DNA of 64,000 nucleotides from Nitrospirota bacterium (GTDB lineage: Bacteria > Nitrospirota > Thermodesulfovibrionia > Thermodesulfovibrionales > Dissulfurispiraceae), in assembly GCA_040754455.1 (NCBI GenBank), contig JBFMCP010000010.1, positions 19,540 through 83,539 on the forward strand, in the 5' to 3' direction. The position numbers were made by a program, and so were the translations under genes. Shown here one piece after another: positions 56,984 through 64,000 of the stretch. Below the pieces are notes generated by a model. It ran no database searches, was not told where the DNA came from, and saw nothing but the letters and a program-made list of their open reading frames with translations. Each line of letters opens with the position of its first letter. Within the stretch, counting starts at the first letter, position 1.

Positions 56984-57641
56984 AGCACTCCTCATGCTGT
57001 CCATTCCCGCTGTGGCTTCATCTGCACCTGTCTGGGGTGCACAGGGGGGAACGGTCGATCAGGTGATGGCGGATCTCATGCATCGTGATGCACAGGTCCG
57101 TTTGTCAGCGCTGGAAACAATAGAGAGGAACAGGGACGTGCGGGCAGTGAAGGCATTGATGGACATTCTTGGTAATCAGGCGGAAGATTGGAAGCTGCGG
57201 ATCAGGGTCATCAGGCTGCTTGCTGAAATCGGCGATCCAAGGGCCGCCGATGCATTGATGAACGCGCTCGGCGATTATTGCCCTGCCATTAAGTGGAATG
57301 CCACTGTTGCCCTTGGCAGGTTCAGCGGGAGTCCACGGGTGGTGCGGGCCCTTATCGACATGCTCGACGACCATAGCACGGTGGTGCGGGAGGCCGCTGT
57401 CGCATCGCTGGGGGCAATCGGAGATGCGTATGCCGTTCCTCAGCTGATAGAAGCACTGAAGGACCGCACTATTTCGGTCGTCCTGAGCGCCCTCCGTGCG
57501 CTGGAGAACATCGGTGATGAACGCGCCCTTACTCCGGTCAGGGCCATAGCAGAGGGGCATGCAGATCCGCTGCTCAGGAGTGTGGCAGCTTCAGTAGCGG
57601 AAAAGATATCAAAAGAGGTAATCAGTCCCGGCTGCTATTGA
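56964..57641 (+). CDS. Exported HEAT-repeat (PBS lyase-like) protein
   Basis: Signal peptide; repeated VR..AA..LG.IGD..AV..LI.AL.D. Confidence 0.75.
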   Translation: MISNIFKALLMLSIPAVASSAPVWGAQGGTVDQVMADLMHRDAQVRLSALETIERNRDVRAVKALMDILGNQAEDWKLRIRVIRLLAEIGDPRAADALMNALGDYCPAIKWNATVALGRFSGSPRVVRALIDMLDDHSTVVREAAVASLGAIGDAYAVPQLIEALKDRTISVVLSALRALENIGDERALTPVRAIAEGHADPLLRSVAASVAEKISKEVISPGCY

Positions 57642-58698
57642 AAATCTCGTCGAACACCGGTGCGACCTCAATAAATGCGCGGAGCACATCGGGGTCGAAA
57701 TGACCGGGGACCGTTCTGCCGTCGCCCTCGGTAATAATGGTGAAGGCCTCCCGATGGCTGAGGGGAGGCTTATACGGCCTCTTGCTCCTCAGGGCGTCAT
57801 ATTGGTCGGTGAGCATAACGATCCTCCCCTCGATGGGAATATCCGTCCCTTTCAACCCCCGCGGATATCCGGTGCCGTCCCATCGCTCGTGGTGGTTCAG
57901 CGCAATCGATGCCGCCATTTGCATGCTCTTGTGGCTGGAGTTAGCAAGCATGGTATTGCCGATTGTGGTATGCGCCTTCATGATCTCGAACTCCTCAGGT
58001 GTCAATGCGCCGGGTTTCAGCAGGATGCTGTCCGGTATGCCTACCTTTCCTATATCGTGCATGGCACTTGCGAAGGTGATGGTCTCAATGAAATCCGGAG
58101 GCATATTCAGTGCCTCGGCTATTTTGTTCGAGTAGAGCCCGATTCTCGATATATGGGTACCGGTGTCGGTGTCCCGGTATTCGGCAACGGTGGTCAGACG
58201 CTGAATGAGTTCCCTGTTAAGGATTTTCACCTGCATAAGGGCATCGGCCAGTTCCTTTGTTTTCTGCTGCACCATGATCTCGAGCGCTTTTTTGTAGTTC
58301 CTCTCTATCTGCAGTAAGGTGGTATAGCGCATCGCTTTTCTGATGGTGTGGATCAGATATTCAGGGGCAAATGGTTTTATAATGAGATCGAAGGCGCCTT
58401 TCCGTATCGCATCGACGGCGGTATCCAGTTCGGCATAGGCCGTCATGAGGATGACCGGCTTCTCAGGGTGCTCCTGATGGATTTGCTCGAGGAGTTCGAG
58501 CCCGGAAACGGCCGGCATCTTAACGTCGGTGAGTATCACATCGACTGCATTCCGTTCACAGACCTTGATCGCATCCGCGGCATTGTTGCAGGCGAGCGAA
58601 GCGTATGAAAGCTCTCCCATCAATGACGTTATCGTATCGAGTACATAGGGGTCGTCATCGACAATGAGTACGGTCCCTCCGTTGATGGACTGATTCAT
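57622..58698 (-). CDS. Response regulator with HD-GYP output (RpfG-like)
   Basis: REC (LIVDDD, LTDVKMP); [22 protein letters not shown]. Confidence 0.92.
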   Translation of the reverse strand: MNQSINGGTVLIVDDDPYVLDTITSLMGELSYASLACNNAADAIKVCERNAVDVILTDVKMPAVSGLELLEQIHQEHPEKPVILMTAYAELDTAVDAIRKGAFDLIIKPFAPEYLIHTIRKAMRYTTLLQIERNYKKALEIMVQQKTKELADALMQVKILNRELIQRLTTVAEYRDTDTGTHISRIGLYSNKIAEALNMPPDFIETITFASAMHDIGKVGIPDSILLKPGALTPEEFEIMKAHTTIGNTMLANSSHKSMQMAASIALNHHERWDGTGYPRGLKGTDIPIEGRIVMLTDQYDALRSKRPYKPPLSHREAFTIITEGDGRTVPGHFDPDVLRAFIEVAPVFDEIFNSSRD

Positions 58699-58736
58699 AT
58701 GTTACCTCCTTATGGCACGGCTTTTTGTCTCTCCAG

Positions 58737-60318
<1,582 letters not shown>

Positions 60319-60322
<4 letters not shown>

Positions 60323-61263
60323 GCGGGTTTCCTGTACACTGTCGGAGCAACGGAGATAAGCGGTACATCCAGGCCGTTCAACGTCTCTGAGTGTCCCATA
60401 AAGACATATCCTCCCGGAGCCAGGTGGCGGCAGAGCTTGTTCAACAGTCGTTCCTGTGTCGGCCTGTCGAAGTAGATAATGACGTTACGGCAAAAAACTA
60501 TATTGATCGGCTCCCTGAAGCCGAAGTCCTCGTCCATGAAATTGAGCCGGCGGAATTTGACCAGCTGTCTCAGCTCCGGAACGATACGCACCAGCCGTTT
60601 CTCCCTGTTCTTGCTCTTCAGAAAGTATTTTTTGACGAGTGGCTTCGGGACGGGTTCCAGCCTGTCCTCCTCGTAAATTCCTGTTTTTGCCTTTTCCAGT
60701 ACTTTTGTCGATATGTCGGTAGCGAGAACGGTAAAGGTGAAGCCCGGATAGCTTTCGGAGAATTCACTGAGCACGATGGCAAGGGTATAGGGCTCCTCTC
60801 CAGTCGAACACCCCGCACTCCAGATCGCGAACTTTTTTTGCACGCCGGCTCCGTACGCGGCGATCAGGTCCGGGAGTGCTTTTTGCGTGAGATAGCTGAA
60901 ATGCGAGGGCTCTCTGAAGAAGTCGGTTTTATTGGTTGTAATGACATCGATCATATGGACCAGCTCGCTCTCCATGCCCTGCGGGCTGAATACGTAATCG
61001 CAATACTGGGAAAACGATGACAATCCCAAAAAGCGCAGGCGCTTCTGAAGGCGCGCCTCGAGCATGGTCTTTTTCGAAGGGGGCATTTTTATGCCACACT
61101 CGGTGTGGATGAATTCACTGAGACGGTGAAAATCACTTTCGGATAACGAATACGTACGGCTGATTCCGGTATTTAAAATATGCTCTCTCATAATTTTTAC
61201 AGAGGACAGGCATGAGGTATCCTCTGCCTGTCCTCCCGATGCTGTTCGGTCCCTCTCTGTCAA
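60319..61263 (-). CDS. cheR: Chemotaxis methyltransferase
   Basis: TTNKTDFFRE, WSAGCSTGEEPY, FCRNVIIYF, GHSE. Confidence 0.95.
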
Positions 61264-61760
61264 GCTCGGTCAGCGGCCGTGCTGGACCCCTGCACGATTG
61301 CCAGTTCATCGGTTGAGAATATCTTGTCGATATCCAGGATCATGATGAACTGGTTGTCACGTTTCCCCATGCCCTTGATGAATTCCGTGTTCAGCCGTGT
61401 CCCTATCCTCGGAGCAGGCTCGATGCTCTCGGGCTCAAGCTCGATCACCTCCTGTACCGAATCCGCCAGGGCGCCGAGAATTGCTATTTCGTTATCGACG
61501 GCTATTTCAACAATAATAATGCAGGTATTTACGGTCCTTTCCGTCTTTGCGATGCCGAACTTCAGCTTCATGTCCACCACCGGCACAACGCTGCCCCTGA
61601 GGTTTATGACTCCTCTCATGAACTCAGGGGTCTGGGGCACTTTGGTGATGCTCGTGAAGTCAAGCACCTCCCGAACTTTTGCAATATCGAGCGCAAATAC
61701 CTCTTCGTCCAGCTTGAACGTCAGATATTGGGTCGTTTCCGTTATCCCCGTAACACTCAT
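61260..61760 (-). CDS. cheW: Chemotaxis coupling protein
   Basis: QYLTFKL, GVINLRGSVVPVVD, LADSVQEV. Confidence 0.95.
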   Translation of the reverse strand: MSVTGITETTQYLTFKLDEEVFALDIAKVREVLDFTSITKVPQTPEFMRGVINLRGSVVPVVDMKLKFGIAKTERTVNTCIIIVEIAVDNEIAILGALADSVQEVIELEPESIEPAPRIGTRLNTEFIKGMGKRDNQFIMILDIDKIFSTDELAIVQGSSTAADRA

Positions 61761-61771
61761 GGCGGACCCCC

Positions 61772-63469
61772 TTAAAATTTCTCGAACTCATCATCGAGCT
61801 TGTCGCCGCTGCCGTTCCCCATATCAAGGGCGACGCCCGCAGCTCTCGGCCCTGCTCCTGCATGGGCAACAGCCAACACCGGCTTTTTGGCCTCACTGCG
61901 TGCTATGTGCGCTACCTTTGCTTTATGGACTGTTTTGGTCTGCACGTCTTTCCTGCTCAGGGTGCTTCCGTTATTTTCAACCTTGAAGAAGGCAATGGCG
62001 CTCTGGAGCTGCTCGGCCTGTGAAGACAGCTCTTCAGCAGTTGACGCCATTTCTTCTGCTGCTGAAGCATTCTGCTGTATGACCTGATCCAATTGTTGAA
62101 TTGCCTTATTGATCTGCTCTGCTCCCGCGTTCTGCTCGGCGCTTGCCGCCGTGATCTCCTGTACCAGCTCAGCGGTCTTCTGAATATCGGGTACCAGCTT
62201 GGCGAGCATTTCACCTGCCTGCTCTGCTACCTGCACGCTGGAAGTGGAGAGTTGGCTGATCTCTGCTGCCGCTGCCTGGCTCCGTTCGGCGAGCTTCCGC
62301 ACCTCTGAAGCAACTACCGCAAAGCCCTTGCCGTGCTCCCCGGCCCTGGCCGCCTCGATTGCCGCATTCAGGGCGAGGAGGTTGGTCTGGCGCGCTATCT
62401 CCTCGATAATGGAGATCTTGCTCGCGATCTCCCTCATTGCATCGACTGTCTCTGCCACTGCCTTGCCGCTCTCTTTGGCATCATGGGCTGACTTCAGGGC
62501 GATCTTTTCAGTCTGCTGGGCATTATCGGCATTTTGCCTGATGTTGGAAGACATCTGTTCCATTGAGGATGAGGCTTCTTCGGCGGCAGCCGCCTGCTCG
62601 GTCGCGCCCTGAGACATCTGCTCCGAACTGGCGCTCAGTTCCTGACTGCCTGTAGCTACATTGTCCGCGGCGGACTTCACTTCTGCTACAACCTCCCTGA
62701 GCTTATCGACCATGTTTTTCATGGAGGTAAGCAACTGCCCTGTCTCATCCTTGCTGTCTGCCTCGACCGTAGCGGTAAGGTCACCGCTAGAAAGCTGGTT
62801 GGCTACTTCGACACTTTTCTGGAGCGGCCTGGTAATGCTGCGGGTAAGGAAAAAAGCGATTGCTGCTCCGAGGAGTGTCGCAAGAGTCCCTAAAATGAAG
62901 AAGGTCCTCTTCGCTTTCTCGACCGAGGTCATTATGTTGTCCGTCATTGCGTTCGCCTCTAGGATTTGCTGCTTTTGGAATTCTTTTACCTTTCCAGACA
63001 GAGAGGCAGATTCCTTGTCGAAGTCCTCCATGATTTCGTTGCCGGCCTTTGTCCCCTGGGTGAGATAGACCTCCGCCATCTGTCTTCCCTTTTCATAAAA
63101 TCGATTGAAGGCGGCTTCGATATCTTCAATTTTCTTCAATGACTCCGTATCCCTCTCGTTCTTGTACATGGCCTTAAATTTTTCTACACCTTCCCTGAAC
63201 CCTTTTGCCTGTGTTTCCGCCTCTTTATAGCTATCCTTGTTGTGTGTTGCGGATACATCAGTCAGCCATTGCTGTACCTGTACCGTATGTAGCACCATTT
63301 CATCGGCGAGTACAAGATAAGGGAGGCTCTCTTCCTTGACCTGGTGTGAACTGCTGCTTATATTGGTAAAGGATACATTGGTAAATATGCCCAATACCAA
63401 AAAAATTATGAAGATAATACTGAGACCAAAGCCTAAACGTACCCCTATTTTCATGTTTCGCAAAAGCAT
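61772..63469 (-). CDS. Methyl-accepting chemotaxis protein
   Basis: 2 TM, four-helix-like sensor, [35 protein letters not shown]-terminal EFEKF pentapeptide. Confidence 0.96.
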   Translation of the reverse strand: MLLRNMKIGVRLGFGLSIIFIIFLVLGIFTNVSFTNISSSSHQVKEESLPYLVLADEMVLHTVQVQQWLTDVSATHNKDSYKEAETQAKGFREGVEKFKAMYKNERDTESLKKIEDIEAAFNRFYEKGRQMAEVYLTQGTKAGNEIMEDFDKESASLSGKVKEFQKQQILEANAMTDNIMTSVEKAKRTFFILGTLATLLGAAIAFFLTRSITRPLQKSVEVANQLSSGDLTATVEADSKDETGQLLTSMKNMVDKLREVVAEVKSAADNVATGSQELSASSEQMSQGATEQAAAAEEASSSMEQMSSNIRQNADNAQQTEKIALKSAHDAKESGKAVAETVDAMREIASKISIIEEIARQTNLLALNAAIEAARAGEHGKGFAVVASEVRKLAERSQAAAAEISQLSTSSVQVAEQAGEMLAKLVPDIQKTAELVQEITAASAEQNAGAEQINKAIQQLDQVIQQNASAAEEMASTAEELSSQAEQLQSAIAFFKVENNGSTLSRKDVQTKTVHKAKVAHIARSEAKKPVLAVAHAGAGPRAAGVALDMGNGSGDKLDDEFEKF

Positions 63470-63481
63470 GACAGTTCCCTC

Positions 63482-64000
63482 CTAGAATTTCCACGCCATG
63501 CCGGCGAGGAGTGCGTAATCGGTTTCAGAATTATTAAGGCTGCCCTTGATGCCGAGGTCTATATCAAGATTCTCTGTTATCGAATAAATAATACCGCCGA
63601 GAATAAATGCGGGATAGCTGTCTGAAGCGCTATCGGTAGTTCTTTCTATGCCGATATTGGCCACCACACTGAGATTTTTGATAACTTCGAGCTCGGAAGC
63701 CAGTGAAGCATGCCATAGATCCTTCCGTTCATCAACTTTATTTTCATTTCGAATATAGCCCAGATTGAGATGGAATGCCCAGGGCTCAAGCTCTTTTGTG
63801 GAAATAAAGAACAGGCTGGAGGTAGCTCTTCCCGTTCCCAACCCATCTTCATCATCTCCTGTCGGCAGGGTAATGCCGGGCTTCAGCGCAAAGCCTAATC
63901 CGTCTTTTTCGTAAAATCTCCACTTTACTTCGAGGGATATATCCGAAATACCGTCAACCGATGTCGTCACACCGTCCTCTTTCGTCCGTATCCACTGATA
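63482..64000 (-). CDS. Outer-membrane beta-barrel 'transporter' (MetA-pathway-like family), 5' end outside the window
   Basis: GISDISLEVKWRF, TLPTGD..GLGTG, HLNLGY, terminal AWKF; frame open to the window edge. Confidence 0.75.
   Translation of the reverse strand, partial: YQWIRTKEDGVTTSVDGISDISLEVKWRFYEKDGLGFALKPGITLPTGDDEDGLGTGRATSSLFFISTKELEPWAFHLNLGYIRNENKVDERKDLWHASLASELEVIKNLSVVANIGIERTTDSASDSYPAFILGGIIYSITENLDIDLGIKGSLNNSETDYALLAGMAWKF

Noticed and set aside
58713..58728. TGGCACG...TTG sigma54-like site
   Set aside because: Spacing is off by one, the -12 GC is missing, and it is oriented against the local genes.

Overview
Bacterial chromosomal window of moderately high GC. The gene content resembles an anaerobic Nitrospirota or Desulfobacterota diderm; this is an inference only. 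1-13.8 kb is housekeeping: uppP-ftsK-lolA-pdxA-OYE, rimI/tsaB/MFS, a zur-znuACB zinc operon with a palindromic operator, an Lpp/OprI-like lipoprotein convergent with an L,D-transpeptidase, and tRNA-Val and tRNA-Asp. It is sprinkled with small heptamer-built inverted-repeat elements and one REP-like element. Directly after tRNA-Asp lies an accessory, partly decaying region (about 13.8-32 kb). It holds integrase arm-like repeats, an IS21-type MITE abutting an IS256 3' remnant, a PAS kinase, tamAB and two DUF3568-like lipoproteins. It continues with an LLM oxidoreductase / GH15 pseudogene / FAD oxidase / ASRT / split NRAMP cluster and a truncated KatE fused to an outer-membrane protein remnant. 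32-44.5 kb holds an HD-GYP protein, a plant-type threonine synthase plus cystathionine gamma-synthase pair, a GH15-DUF547 fusion with a flavoprotein disulfide reductase, a sigma54 activator with a degenerate receiver, cysM and csp. It also carries a c-di-GMP-I-like riboswitch that is followed by an unexplained structured RNA-like element rather than a gene. 44.5-57.6 kb is a large compatible-solute cluster (glycerate kinase, B12 radical SAM, GpgS-like, DUF5752, TreT, TreY, GlgC, Ggs-like, CmpX-like, HEAT protein). The window ends in a minus-strand chemosensory operon (OM barrel, MCP, cheW, cheR, cheD, cheB, REC-HD-GYP). All family calls come from motif recognition by eye; no database search was run.
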